Positions 34,525 through 50,720 of a stretch of 64,000 bases of DNA are shown here, piece after piece (positions within the stretch are counted from its first letter, which is position 1; each line of letters begins with the position of its first letter). The stretch is from assembly GCF_009914755.1 (NCBI RefSeq), contig NC_060940.1; one strand, given 5' to 3'. The notes below the pieces were generated by a model. That model was not told the DNA's origin. It saw only the letters and a list, made by a program, of their open reading frames with translations, and ran no database searches. The position numbers were made by a program, and so were the translations under genes. Source of the stretch: the human T2T-CHM13v2.0 reference genome, Homo sapiens.

Positions 34525-35725
34525 GAGGGAGTCCAGTCCATAAGATGACCCTTGCTTCTAATACTAGTTGCAAGTTTGGGGGTTCCCAAGACCACTCTTT
34601 TTTTTTTTTGAGACAGGGCCTCTCTCTGTCACCCCGGTGAGAGTGCAGTGGCATGATCACGGCTCACTGCGCCCTGAACTCCTCCCTCCCAGGTTCAGGC
34701 AGTCCTCCTACCTCAGCCACCTGAGTTGCTGGATCTGTGGGCACACACCACCTCGCCTGGCTAGTTTTTCTATATTTTTTAGAGACAGTTTCACCATATT
34801 GCCAGGCTGGTCTCAAACTCCTGAGCTGAAGTGATCCGCCTGCCTGGGCCTCCCGAAGTGCTGGGATTACAGGCTTGAGTCACTGTGCCTGGCCAAGACC
34901 ACTCTTAGGTTGGATGATTTGCCAGGAGGACTCACTAGAACTCATTGAAAGCTCTCATACCCATGGTTAGAGTTTATTGCAGTTTAGGGATTCAGATTAG
35001 AACGAGCCAAGGGTAGAGGTGCATAGGGCAGAGTTCGGGGAAGTTCCAAATGTTGGAGTTTCTAATTGTCCTGTCCCTGTAGAGTTGTGAAAAATGACAC
35101 CTTCCTGGTGGCACTGGTGTGCGACCATACTCATGGATTATTGCCAACCAGGGAAGCTCACTCTATTTTTTATGTCCAGCGTTTTTACTGGGGTTCCATG
35201 GTTGCATGCCCATGTGGCTAACCTTAGTCTCCAGCCCCACTGGAGGCCAAGCTGATCCATGTGACTCAAAGCCCCCACCATAAGCCACATTATTAGACTG
35301 TGCTGTGGCCTAAAGCCCCCAGATGAACAAGGACACTTTCCCCCACCGCCGCCCCCCCCCCCTTTTTTTTTGGAGATAGTCTTGCTCTGTTGCCCAGGCT
35401 GGAGTGCAGTGGCATGATCTCAGCTCACTGAAACCTCAGCCTCCTGAGTAGCTGGGATTATTACAGGTGCCCGTCACCATGCCTGGCTAATTTTTGTATT
35501 TTTAGTAGAGACAGGTTTCACCATGCTGGCCAGGCTGGTCTCAGAATCCTGACCTCAAGCGATCTGCCCGCCTTGGCCTCCCAAAGTGCTGGGATTACAG
35601 GTGTGAGCCACTGCTCCTGGCCAGGACCCTCTTATTAGGTATGACATTTCAAGAGTTTAGAGATTACCTTCCAGAATTCACAGGTAAAAGCCAGACCTCT
35701 CCTTGGTGAAGATACAATTCTTTAC
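34525..35725. mobile_element. MER21-like LTR element interrupted by two Alus
   Basis: GGGGTTCCCAAGACCACTC...GATTTGCCAGGAGGACTCAC...CCAACCAGGGAAGCTCAC...CCAGACCTCTCCTTGG motifs; CCAAGACCACTCTT duplicated around the Alu at 34597-34894. Confidence 0.6.
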
Positions 35726-37298
35726 AATTTTACAATAGTTAAATATATTTTATCAGTCTATATTGGCTGTTTAGTTGACAGACAGTTAAAAATTGGTGAC
35801 AGTCCAGATGTGGTCACTCATGCTTCTAATCCTAGCATTTTGGGAGGCTGAGGTGGGAGGATTGCTTGAGTCCAGGAATTTGAGAGCAGCCTGAGCAACA
35901 TAATCAGACACCTGTCTCCAAAAAACATAAAAATAAAAAATTAGCTAAATGGAGTGGCATGCACCTGTGGTCCCAGCTGTTTGAGAGGCTGAACCCATGA
36001 GGTCGAGGCTGCACCCATGAGGTCGAGGCTGCAGTGAGCTATGGTCATGCCAGTGCACTCCAGCCTGGGTGACAGAGTGAGACCCTGTCTCAAAAAAGGA
36101 AACAAATCACCCATAAATGGATAATTAAGATTTGGTTATTATAGACACTTAATACTTAGGTAGCTAAGGTAGTTTTACCAATAAATTATAGTAATTTAAT
36201 ATTTCAGTATTGCAAAACTGATGCATACTCATTTACAATTTTGACATGGAATGGTTCTGTTTTGTTTTATTAAATTTGAACTTAAAGTTCTCTGCAAGAA
36301 GAGATTTGTATAATAAATTCCCTGAGCCTCCCAAATTAATATTTTAGCCATAGACTCATATTTAGAGCAGTGTTTCTAATGTAATGATACAAGGCCCAGG
36401 GTTATTCATAGTTTCACCCTTTCTCTTATTCCTCATTAAAGCATGTTTGAATCCAGGTAAGAGGCATTACAGGGGAAAACCTTGAATTTATTTTTGAAGG
36501 GTAAATCATTTCCAAGTGGTATTAACCATTAGTATGGAAAGCAACATATCCTATAACTGCTCTGTGACAGTGAGACTATCTTTGCTGCTTTAGAGAATAA
36601 GTACATTCCTACTTCATTGGCTTTAGTGCAAATCTCATTTCCTGGTTTATATCCATTACAAATTAGATCTCACCATGAGAGCAAAATCCCTTAATAAACC
36701 TAGGTAAAAGCAATTTGAAGTAATATGATGCTTATTCCAGTGTCACCACTAGGTGTGGTGTTTGCATCAAGTCATTTTGGGGTGCTTTATGGAATTGCTT
36801 CCTAGTAGGGAATTCCCTGACTTCACACTTTCCAGAGACGACGCTCTCTCTCTTTTTCTCTCTAATACTTACAAGAATGGACTGCAAGGCTACATTTAGT
36901 CAGGCGATACCATCCCCAGCACATGGTGGCTTGTTGGTGTGAGGTCTAAGGATTCCGGTCATTTGAAACGAATGGCCTCCTAGATTTGTGGCATTTTTCT
37001 GTATATTGAGAATAGGTAACTAAAATAAGTGGTAACTATATTTGCATGTGATTTGTATGTTATAGTTAACATTTAAATTCTCTTATGTACTAAAATTTTT
37101 TTGGTTGCCACAGTAAGCCTCTTTATCCTGTAAGGCACAGAGTGTCTTTCCACCTCAATTTTTGCTTTAATGTATGAACCCTAATGGGACCATAGTTCAA
37201 CTAAAGGCACCTAACTCATGAATGATATTTGCTCCATGTTTGAACAACAAATGTTTTAACCCACTGTCTTCACTAATATTGTAACTACTGTCTTACAG

Positions 37299-37337
37299 AT
37301 TGACTTGATGCACAACATCACAAAGGCGATTTTTGAG
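37299..37337 (+). other. Candidate 39-nt cassette (poison) exon in SMG1P intron 1
   Basis: Branch-point-like CACTAAT 37271-37277, acceptor TCTTACAG|, donor GAG|GTATGA. Confidence 0.55.
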
Positions 37338-40300
37338 GTATGAGCTTTAGAAACTTACCTCTCATGTGGCATGTACATCAGGCTTTAACTTCAGTTTGAT
37401 CGTTTTGGGGAAATTTATGCATTTCTTTTTTTTTCTCTCCATGATATTTTTAGAATATTAAAGGGGCTGTAGAGGTATTTTTGGATCCTTGCTAGGATTC
37501 TTAGACTTAACAGATAGATTTTCTTTTTTCACTAAATTGAGACACTAATTCTGGCAGATGATATCCCTTTCAGCTCTTCTAACTAACTAGTCTTAACATT
37601 CATGCCTGCTTCTTGGAGTTCAAATCTGCAGTTTCTATTTTGTGGCTTTGATTGCCTCATTTTAAGTGCTCATTTCCCTTCTTTAACAGTTCTCTATTTA
37701 TTGGACTGGGATGATCTTGTTGGTGCTAACAGCCTGACATTGACATTTTTTGAAACCAAAGCAGTCAAGATTGTATAAAAATAGAAATTTCTTATAAATG
37801 CTAAACCATTTTGTGCTTTTAGGTTCAGAATGCTTACAACCTGAGTTCTGGTTGGGGATGCTTTGATCAATTTGTATTAAAATAATTTGGCAACTAGGGA
37901 GTTTTGAGGTATTTCTGAGACGGTGGCTCTATTCCAGTTTTTTTTGTTATATTTCTGAAAACAGATTTTTTTTGGGAAAAAAATCTCAGTGTTCATAACT
38001 TAGGGGATTTAGAAACCTTATTTCTAACCAACGGGGAAGCTGCTCCTGGTTTTACAGTTTAGTTTGAAATCAGATGCTTCCTAGTTGGAAACACATTGTT
38101 GGTAGCAACAGATTACCTGCTTTCTTCAGTGAAGTATTTAAGTTGCTCTATATTGACTGTAAAAACTTGTTTTGATTATATTCATATACTCATGAACTGT
38201 TTGTACATTGTCTTTTAGACTGGAAACTTTGAGTTTATTTTGTATTATGGTCATAACAACTTTTAACATACCCTGCAAACTAAGTGTTTCTTTATAATTC
38301 ATTATCTTATTTTAGCCTCACAACAACCTTACATGTTAGATAGGTATCATCCTCATTTTATGCAAGAGACAACCAAGGCTTGGAGATCAAGTAATTTGTG
38401 CAAAAGCACACATACTTTTCAGTGCTGGAGCTGGGATTTGAGCCCAGATCTTTTTTTAACTTGTATTCTCTGCTGCCTTATGGTACTACTGTGTCACCAG
38501 AAAATGATACAAACATTTAACTCTTAATAGTAAAGGTAGTGTAGGAGATAAGTAAACATGATGAAAACAGGAAGTGAAGATACGTTTAAATATTGGCAGA
38601 CTTCAGTTATCTTTGTGTTTCTGAATTAGTCAAGTGCTTATTTTATTCGCTCATCTAATAAGAGCTTACTGTGGCATACATATAAAGTTCAAACCCTGTC
38701 AGAAAAGATTATAAGCTCTCTTAACGTTTCAGTCTCCTTTCAGAAAGTAATGGTATGCTATGATTTATATAGACGCATGTTAAGTGTGCTATTTTTAGGT
38801 ACATAAGGAATGTCTTTTCATTAGTTTAAAAAAGTTATGGTCCATTGAGTTAATATTTTAATGCTTATAGACTTAGTATACTCAGAAAATATTCTCATAC
38901 ATTTTTCTTGAAATTCCATAGATTTTATTTTCCCTTATGTTCGAAGTACTTAGCTTTATGAATAAGTGAACTCTGAATATTAGAAGATACTCCTTATGGA
39001 GCCTTAGTCATTTTAGTATGCTAGGTTTTGAATTTCATGAAGTTTCAGATTGAGATCCTTTATAAGTAATGACTTGTACCAGTTAGATATCCAAGTTTAA
39101 TTGGACCTATTGTCTGCATTCTGTATTAACAGTGATTGCAGTAAGTGCAGATCAAGGTGTCCAACTGATTGAGCTCATGCAAAGTTTTATGTTTAGTATT
39201 TTTGGGAGCAAGGAAAGACTAATAAACTCTAAACGAAATATATACAGTATACAAACACTGCTGTCACTTTTACACCATAGAGGGAGGGGCAAAGCGTAGA
39301 GGAATAGGTTAGTTTCTGGCCTTGCCAGTGTCCTAAACTTTTCTAAAAGATTCAGGTTCTAAAAGGTTGAGAAAGCATTTTTAGTAAATATCATAGAAGT
39401 GATTTTCTTTTTCTTTTTCTTTTTTTTTTTCCTCAAAATTGTTCCTCTCAGGAGAAAATCAGTAGGGGAAGAACTTACTTGGATTTTTCATATGCTATAA
39501 CAGATTATTTTGTTGTCTTCTTTCTTGATAGTTTATGATTGATGGCTGAAAGATTAACACTCATGAGAAGTCTTGTAACTCAGCTCTGTTTTACTTATGA
39601 GGCAGTTGAAGCATAGAGCAGATACTTAGATGAGGACACACTTTTACCCTTGGCTGTACCCTACTTGTTTACTAATAAGCATCAGGTATTATTCTAAACA
39701 GTACCTGAATTTTAAATAGATTACGAACTACAACTTTCTGATATAACTTTATTGCATTTCTGATACCTTTTATTTTCTTAAAATGTCTTCTTTTTTACTT
39801 TTTAAAATTTTGATTGCTACTCTTTACAATTAAGGCATCTTCAATGGGGTCTTCAATACTACAGTACCTAATCAGTACTTAGAAAATAACTTGGTAAGAC
39901 ATTGCCCGTCCCTGACATGCTGCCAGTGTTTTTTATTTTTATGACAGGAAAGGCTGAAATGTTTTGACTGATTAACCGTCTCCATGGGGGAGAATTTAGA
40001 AAGAATTATTCTTATTATCAAGTCATGTGAGGAGAACACTGGACCAGAGTAACCAATTGTCCTGTTTTGCCTGGGACAGGAGACTTTCAATGCTAAAACC
40101 AGCAAAGTCACCCTAATCCCAGTAGTTATTCATATTTCTGAATGGGTCTTTAGAACAGTAGAAGAGAGTGAAAAGTTGGCATTTCATCCATTGAGACTCT
40201 CTTCCCAGTGAAAGACTTCTTATTAGACGGCTGAGTGCTTACATATAATATATAGTGCATATTACACTAAATACAATAGTAATGGTTAAATGTAAAATTT

Positions 40301-40379
40301 GGGAGAAGAGAGGCTTGTTTAAAGAAAGATTTATTTATGTTATTTAAAGTTCTAATCTTAAACTTTTCTCTTTTTATAG

Positions 40380-40543
40380 AACTGATAGTGCATCAGCCGA
40401 CCCAGGTAATTTAAAATATTCTTCATCCAGAGATAGAGGTGGTTCTTCCTCTTACGGACTGCAACCTTCAAATTCAGCTGTGGTGTCTCGGCAAAGGCAC
40501 GATGATACCAGAGTCCACGCTGACATACAGAATGACGAAAAGG
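40380..40543 (+). pseudogene. SMG1P exon 2 (164 nt)
   Basis: TTTTATAG| then TDSASADPGNLKYSSSRDRGGSSSYGLQPSNSAVVSRQRHDDTRVHADIQNDEK; donor G|GTATAT. Confidence 0.93.
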
Positions 40544-41127
40544 GTATATATATTTTCTTATTGCTACAAGCATGTTTTTTGAACCTACCTATCCCACCTT
40601 CCTGCCTTCTTACACCCCCAACTTTCTCACTTTCTTCTAATATATTTAAAATATGAATAACAAATGCAGTGTTATTTCTGAAAACTTCATAGGACGTTTA
40701 TCCACTTTATTATTTTTAAAATTTAAAATTTTTCCATACATAATTCATCAATGCAGTTTTCTTACAAAAAAGATACAATACTATTTTTGTTTTTATTTTC
40801 AAAAATATTTAGCTAAGGTTGAAGTTCCTCTTGGCTACTGTCTCTAAACTTCAAGAAAGTTTTAAAACAAGGTGCAAAATTTGATTTAATTTAGTTTTCA
40901 TTTCTTTGCTTATTTTCCAATGAAGGGATCAAAATAAAATTAATTTAACTTCAAAGGTGTATTAAAAGAAATGAAAATGATTTTCAAGGCAGACAGTACA
41001 GGAAAAAGGTAGGAGAAGCAAAGGCTGGTTGAGCTGCAGATTGAGTCATAAGATCCTGAGCTATCAGGAAATTGACTGAATGAAACGAACAATCATATTT
41101 AAATGACGTACACATGGCTGTTTGTAG

Positions 41128-41283
41128 GTGGCTACGGTGTCAATGGGGGATCTGGGGAAAATACTTATGGTCGGAAGTCATTGGGGCAAGAGCTGAGGGT
41201 TAACAATGTGACCAGCCCTGAGTTCACCAGTGTTCAGCATGGCAGTTGTGCTTTAGCCACCAAAGACATGAGGAAATCACAGG
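41128..41283 (+). pseudogene. SMG1P exon 3 (156 nt)
   Basis: GGYGVNGGSGENTYGRKSLGQELRVNNVTSPEFTSVQHGSCALATKDMRKSQ; TAG| and G|GTAAGG. Confidence 0.93.
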
Positions 41284-41659
41284 GTAAGGCTGGGAAAACG
41301 GGGACCAATCACATACACCTTCCAAAGACTTGTATCTCCTCTTATTCTGGATGCCTCTTACTAATGCCTTGCAAAGGCATAAGTTGATTAGTCTACTGTG
41401 CAGGTAAAAATTGTTTACATTCTTTTCCTGTGAATTGTTAATTTCCCACTAGAAAGGCTATAGTACATTTTAAAAGAGAATTCTCTTAAAACAAGATTAG
41501 AAGACTGGATAAGATCTTACAGAAAAGGTTTACCCAATTATCGTGGATATTGAATGTATAGTGCATAGTAGGCTCCTACTACAGCAAGTCCTTGAACTCT
41601 TGGGCCTGTGGAGGATATAGATATATGTAGAGAGGGGGTACTTTTCTGTCTTTTTTTTT

Positions 41660-42124
<465 letters not shown>

Positions 42125-42336
42125 TGAGCCACCGGGCCCTGCCTTGAGTGGGCACTTTTCTAAAGTTAAATACACTGATAGCATTTCTGCCTTATGACAT
42201 AGCCTCACTGTATAGGTGAGTGCCTTGGAAGTTCAGAGGATTGGCCGGGTGCAGCGGCTCACGCCTGTAATCCCAGCACTTTGGGAGGCCGAGACGGGCA
42301 GATCACGAGGTCAGGAGATCGAGACCATCCTGGCTA

Positions 42337-42519
<183 letters not shown>

Positions 42520-43286
42520 TCAAAACAACAACAACAAAAAAGAAAGTTCAGAGGATTAGAGGTAATGATAATTTTTTTCCTTAAAGAGAAACTTATCGGT
42601 AAAGCTGAGTTATGGGCTTTGTCAGATGTAATTACTTTTTGGACGTTTAGTTTTTGACTTTTTTTTTTTATTTTTTATACTGTGTGTGTGCTTCGTGTAT
42701 CTTGGTGAAAATCTTTGTGCCTGTAGCTTTTATTGTTGGTATATAACTTTTAAAAAACTGATTTCTTTTTATGTTTTCACAAGTGGAATGAATTCAAAGG
42801 CTATGTATGCTGTTTGTTAAAATAGAGTGTTTGAAGCCTTAGACTTATGATATTATAGAAGCTAAACAGCGACTCTAAAGTAGTTCAGTAGAGAATTCCT
42901 CTTCTTCAAAGGCTCAGGGTCATGTAGTTTGCTAGTGACAGAATTGTAAGTAGAGCCTAATTTCCCAGCTGGTAACTTGATGACATATTTGGTATCTGTC
43001 CTTATTGAAATACTCTATGGGCTACGGATTTGTAAAAATCCTATTCTTCTCTCAGTCATTGTAGTTTCTTTTTTTTTTTTAACTTAAATTCAGGATACAA
43101 GTGCAGATTTGTTACAGTGGTAAACTTGTGTCATGAGGGTTTGTAGTATAGATTATTTTATCACCCAGGTATTAAGCCTGGTACCCATTGGTTGTTTCTC
43201 TTGATCCTCTCCTTCCTCCCACCCCCCACCCTCCAAAAGGATCCAGTGTGTGTTGTTCCCCCTTGTAGTTATTTATTTATTTATGA

Positions 43287-43742
<456 letters not shown>

Positions 43743-44892
43743 CCGGCTAATTTTTTGTATCTTTAGTAGAGACGAGGTTCCACCATGTTGGCCAGGCAGG
43801 TCTCCAACTCCTGACCCCGTGATCTGCCCTCCTCGGCCTCCCAAAGTGCTGGGATTACAGGTGTGAGCCACCATGCCCAGCCTTCTGGTTTCTTTTATTA
43901 TCAATTTTTTCTCATACCTTAGAAATGAAACTGTCAGACCCTTTGTGATTTGTTGTTTACGTATGTATTGGCTAATTATGGTAAATAGCACAGTTGAAAA
44001 TGTTTTGCAAAAATTGAGTTTTTTGTTTTGTTTTGTTTTTTGAGACAGTCTCGCTCTGTCACCCAGGCTGGAATGCGCTAGTGTGATTTCACTGCAACCT
44101 TTGCTTCCCAGGCTAAAGCGATCCTCCCACCTCAGCCTCCTGAGTAGCTGGGATTACAGGCATGTGCCACTGTGCCCAGCTAATTTTTGTATTTTTCGTA
44201 GAGATGGGGTTGTACCATGTTGCCAAGGCTGGTCTCGAACTCCTGTGCTCAAGTGATCTGCCTGCCTTGGCCTTCCAAAGTGCTGGGTAATTACAGGCAA
44301 GAGCCACCTCGCCCAGCAAAAATCTAGTTTTTAAAGGCATCGTTAATATACTAATAGTATTCACTATTGTTTGCTTGTTCTTGTGATTAAAAAATAAAGG
44401 GAGAAAAGTTGTGGTTTGCTACCTTTCTAGTGGAGGCATGCCTTGCATGTGGTAGATGATAATTAGACATTTGTTGAACTAAATGTGTGATTATGGCTCC
44501 CCAAAACTTCATCCCAGGGAAATGATGATAATGTGAATAAGAGGCTTTCCTCCAGTGGGATACCTAGATGATAAGTAGAAGCCTATATCCTGTTTTTACT
44601 CGATTGAGACTTTATCCATACCCCTTGGAAGTTGTTTAATTTACCTACACCCGGGCTCTTTACCTGCATGTTGAAAACAGTTTGGAATGGACCCAAAGAA
44701 AGTTGTTACTAAGGCCTTTCTTTTTTCTCTCCCAGCCAGTCCTCTGGAATGAGGTGTTCAGTTGGCCTAGGGTTATTCATTTCTTGTTTCCTTCAGCAAA
44801 TATTTTTTTGAGGGTCTGTTATGTGCCAGGCACTCTGCTGGGATTTGGAATACAGAGTTGAACAAAAGAGCGATAGGACCTATATTCCCTGA

Positions 44893-45234
<342 letters not shown>

Positions 45235-45336
45235 TAAATAATTTTTAATTTTAAAAATTTTAAAATTATTTTAAAATTTAAAATTTCCTTTGCTTATTTA
45301 TACTCAGTGGACAACAAAATGTTTATATATTCACAG

Positions 45337-45473
45337 AGAGATCAATGTCTTATTGTGATGAGTCTCGACTGTCAAATCTTCTTCAGAGGATCACCCGGGA
45401 AAACGACCGAGACCGAAGATTGGCTACTGTAAAGCAGTTGAAAGAATTTATTCAGCAACCAGAAAATAAGCTG
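45337..45473 (+). pseudogene. SMG1P exon 4 (137 nt)
   Basis: ERSMSYCDESRLSNLLQRITRENDRDRRLATVKQLKEFIQQPENKL; CAG| and |GTAAGT. Confidence 0.93.
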
Positions 45474-45944
45474 GTAAGTATAGTATGTTTGGAAATATGA
45501 GGATTTTTGTGTTTCCATAATAAACTAGGTAATGCTACCTTGAGTAGTTTAAGAATGGGGAAAGTCTGTATTATGATGATCAAGAACTTAATGCTCTCTA
45601 ATATGTAATTTCTTTTTCTTCTTAAAGACAAGATCTTGCTCTGTCGCCCAGGCTGGAGTGCAGTGGCACAATCATAGCTCACTGCAGTCTCAAACTCCTG
45701 GATTCAAGCTATCCTCCCGCTGTGGCCTCCTGAGTAGCTGGGACTTCAGGCATGTGCCACTACACCTGGCTGAGGTGGAAGAATCACTTGAGCCCAGGAA
45801 TTCAGGGTTGCAGTGAGATATGATCACACCTCTGCATGTCAACCTGGGCGACAGAGGGAGTCCTTGTCTCTTAAAACAACAACAGAAATGTAACAAAGTA
45901 TAGGAAGGGTTAAATTTTTTTCTTCACTTTCTTTACACCAATTA

Positions 45945-46073
<129 letters not shown>

Positions 46074-46079
46074 CTACTA

Positions 46080-46238
<159 letters not shown>

Positions 46239-46768
46239 TTAAAAAAAAAAAAAGAACTTGACAATGAGCAGGAGAAAATTAATGAAAATGGTCTAGTGAG
46301 GCAGATGACACTTGGATCAAAGCAAGTTTCTCCTCCTTCCAAATTTTATTATGAGTAGTTTCAAATATATAGCAAGTTGAAAGAATTTGACATTGAATCT
46401 GTTAAACCCATCATCTAATTTTTGTCGTTAACATTTTACCCTAAATACTGCCTTGTCACATATCTCTCCATCTATCCCTCCATCCGTCAGTCAATTTTTC
46501 AAATGGATTTCAAAGTAAATGAAACAAGCTTTTTGAGTTTATTTTTTTGTTGATGATCACAGCTCTATGTTTCCAGTGGGTGAATTTCTTTCATAGGCTG
46601 AAAGGAAACATGACATTCCTGATACATGCTCATTGGGGAGTGGGAATAATAAAGAAAGTAAAGTACTGTTGAATTAGAATTTGGAGGGAAGACAAATAAA
46701 AAAGTACACAATGCTATTCTTAAAAGTATAGGAATTTGAAGTTTTTATAAATGTGTTTTCTTTTAAAG

Positions 46769-46824
46769 GTACTAGTTAAACAATTGGATATCTTGGCTGC
46801 TGTACATGATGTGCTTAATGAAAG
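46769..46824 (+). pseudogene. SMG1P exon 5 (56 nt; in-frame 3-nt deletion)
   Basis: VLVKQLDILAAVHDVLNE versus recalled SMG1 VLVKQLDNILAAVHDVLNE; AAG| and AG|GTAAGT. Confidence 0.9.
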
Positions 46825-46925
46825 GTAAGTAACTAATAATGGTTCGGTTTAAATGACTTTAAAATATATTTTTAGAAATTACTTAACAATACACAAGAAG
46901 ACAAACCCACTGGCTTTGTTTATGA

Positions 46926-47356
<431 letters not shown>

Positions 47357-48102
47357 TGAGTCTTGACTTATGGAATGGCATAAACTCTTGATGCAGGCAT
47401 GAAGAATAAAATTAGTTTTTGTAAACAAGAGAATTTGAAACTGCTTAGAGAATAGAGGTAAAAAGGAATTTCCTTCTTTGGGTAAGAGTGGATCCAAACC
47501 ATATATTCTCTGGCTATTAGAGTCTCCAGAGGTGTGTGGTCATTTTTTGTTATGGTGATTCCCAAAGATTTGCAGTGTTGGCAAGTACCCAAAATTTATC
47601 TCAGCTGGTCATAAACCTTAGTGCCTTTTGATGGTTTTGTTTTATAGAGTTACTTATTAAAGTTCTATGTAAATCATTACTGTTATCCTTTTAAGTTTCT
47701 GTATTTAACTATTACCATTTTTTATTTTATAGTCATTACATATTGGATATTATGTAGAATGTAGTTATGTATAGAGTGTTTTATCTACTTATTTGTTGCT
47801 GCCCTTTTCTGAGAGTTATTTAATACAGTTTGAGATGGAATTTAGCATTTTTGGGCCTTCCCTCACTGTTTGTAAATAATTGATTTTGTAAAAAGAAAGT
47901 GATGTCAGACAGATACTTGAGGGCAATGCAGGCTAGACAGAATGTAGTATTTAGAGTGGAGAAAATTTCAACCTTTTATGTAGTTTGAATAGAAATTTAA
48001 AAAACCACTTAAGACATTCTTTTGTAAGATGTATTACTCGTGTCATCATAGAAAACTTAAGCCTTTTGTGTGTGTTTTTTGTTTGCATTAAAATAAACAC
48101 AG

Positions 48103-48316
48103 TAGCAAATTGCTTCAGGAGTTGAGACAGGAGGGAGCTTGCTGTCTCGGCCTTCTTTGTGCTTCTCTGAGCTATGAGGCTGAGAAGATCTTCAAGTGGA
48201 TTTTTAGCAAATTTAGCTCATCTGCAAAAGATGAAGTTAAACTCCTCTACTTATGTGCCACCTACAAAGCACTAGAGACTGTAGGAGAAAAGAAAGCCTT
48301 TTCATCTGTAATGCAG
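48103..48316 (+). pseudogene. SMG1P exon 6 (214 nt)
   Basis: SKLLQELRQEGACCLGLLCASLSYEAEKIFKWIFSKF...KKAFSSVMQ; tandem acceptor CAG|TAG; donor GTAAGA. Confidence 0.93.
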
Positions 48317-49106
48317 GTAAGAATGAAGGGGGAAAAAATGCATGATATACTTGGGAAGAAAATTGTCCCTTTAACACATGTCCTTGGAGGGGAGCTTGAA
48401 GAAGGGAATCATAGAATAGGGGTTATCTACTGATAGGAAATATGTTTTAAAAATTCCTCTTTCTCAGTTTGAGTAAAGGATACACTGTTCAAGGATCAGT
48501 GCTACATACATATATGCATATATGTGGAGAGAGAGGGAGAGATTTCTTCTAAAAAATTGGCTTACACGCCAGGCGTGGTGGCTCACGCCTGTAATCCCAG
48601 CACTTTGGGAGGCTGAGGCAGGCGGATCATGAGGTCAAGAGATCGAAACCATCCTGGCCAACATGGTGAAACCCCGTCTCTACTAACAATACAAAAATTA
48701 GCCGAGCGTGGTGGCACGCGCCTGTAGTCCCAGCTACTCAGGAGGCTGAGGCAGGAGAATGGCTTGAACCTGGGAGGCCGAGGTTGCAGTGAGCCGAGAT
48801 CGCACCATTGCCTGGGAGACAGAGCCAGACTCTGTCTCAAAAAAAAAAAAAAAAAAAAAAAGATTTTTTTCCCCTTTGGTTTTTAGAAATGTTTTTTTTG
48901 AGATTGCTTAGGACCAGAATTTGCAAAGTTGAAAATAGGAACTCCACTAGTAATGCCGGATAGAAGAGTGCTTCACATTTGTAGAGGGAGACAAGAACTA
49001 AATATCACAACTTCTTTCTGAGCCTTTTGGTTTGCTAACGTGCCCCAAATTCTTATTCCAAATGGTATAAGATAATTATGTGTAAATGAATACCGGCTCT
49101 ACTTAG

Positions 49107-49301
<195 letters not shown>

Positions 49302-50528
49302 TAGCCTGGCTAATTTTTGTATTTTTAGTAGAGATGGGGTTTCATTGTGTTGGCCATGCTGGTCTTCAACTCCTGACCTCAAGTGATCCTCCTGCCTCGG
49401 CCTCCCAAAGTACTGTGATTAGTGTCATGAGTCACCACACCTGGCCTAAAAGATCATTGATTTAGTTTTGAGTAAGATTTTAAGTGATTAAATTATGGTA
49501 TTGTTGTGTTTGGAATATCTGATATTAGGGTTTTTTTTTTTTTTTTTTTTTTTTTTTACAGTTTTTGATATGCTTTATTTTGGGTATGTAGTTTAAAAAA
49601 TATAAAGGAAATATAAGGAATATTCTTTTTTTTTTTTTTTTAATAAAAAATGTATTTTTAACTGGGCATGGTGGCTCACTCCTGTAACCCCAGCACTGTG
49701 GGAGGCTGAGGCTGGTGAATTGCCTGAGTCCAGGAGTTTGAGACCAGCCTGAGCAACATGGTGAAACCCTGTTTCTATCAAACAAAAAAAAAAAAAAAAG
49801 GAAAAAAAATAAGTTGGGCATGGTGGCATGCACCTGTAATCGCAGCTACTTGGAGGCTGAGGCAGGAGGATCGCTTGTGCCTGGGAGGTTGAAGCTACAG
49901 TGAGCTATGGTCAAGCTACTGCACTCCATTATAGGCAACCCTGTCTCAAAAAAGCAAAACAAAATGAAACATTTTCCCCTTGATTATAGAGGTTTGAGAA
50001 AAATTTGAGGGAAGATTCAGAAAATTACCTGTAACTGAACAGAATGCCACCAGCTTGGGCTTATTCTGCATGCATAATTATGAACATTTTCCCAGCTCTT
50101 GTGAAAATTCTCACATTCATAGAAAGATAGATGCACCAGTAAAATAAATACCTGTAAATACGATAATAATTTCACAATATATGCTTCACCTAGATTTACC
50201 AGTTACTAATATTTTGCCACAGTTTTATTTTCTCACACACTTTTGTTGAGCATCTGAAAACCATACACATGATGACAGTTCACCCCATAATGTTTTAGTA
50301 TGCATCTCCCAAGAATAAGGTTTTTCTTCTGTATAACAAGAATATTGTAATCATACCTAAGAAAATGAATTTTATTACATATGTGTTCTATATTCAAATT
50401 TCTGTAATTACCCCAAGATGTCTTTTAAATGATTTTTAGCATTGATAGTCTGTGCCTGTGTAGATTATAACATTGGCTATTGCAAAATAATGGTTTTCTT
50501 TTTCTCTTTTTTTTTTTTTGAGACGTAA

Positions 50529-50720
<192 letters not shown>

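Noticed and set aside
36761-36769. CARE-like TTTGCATCA in SMG1P intron 1
   Set aside because: Single short motif at chance frequency with no supporting context.
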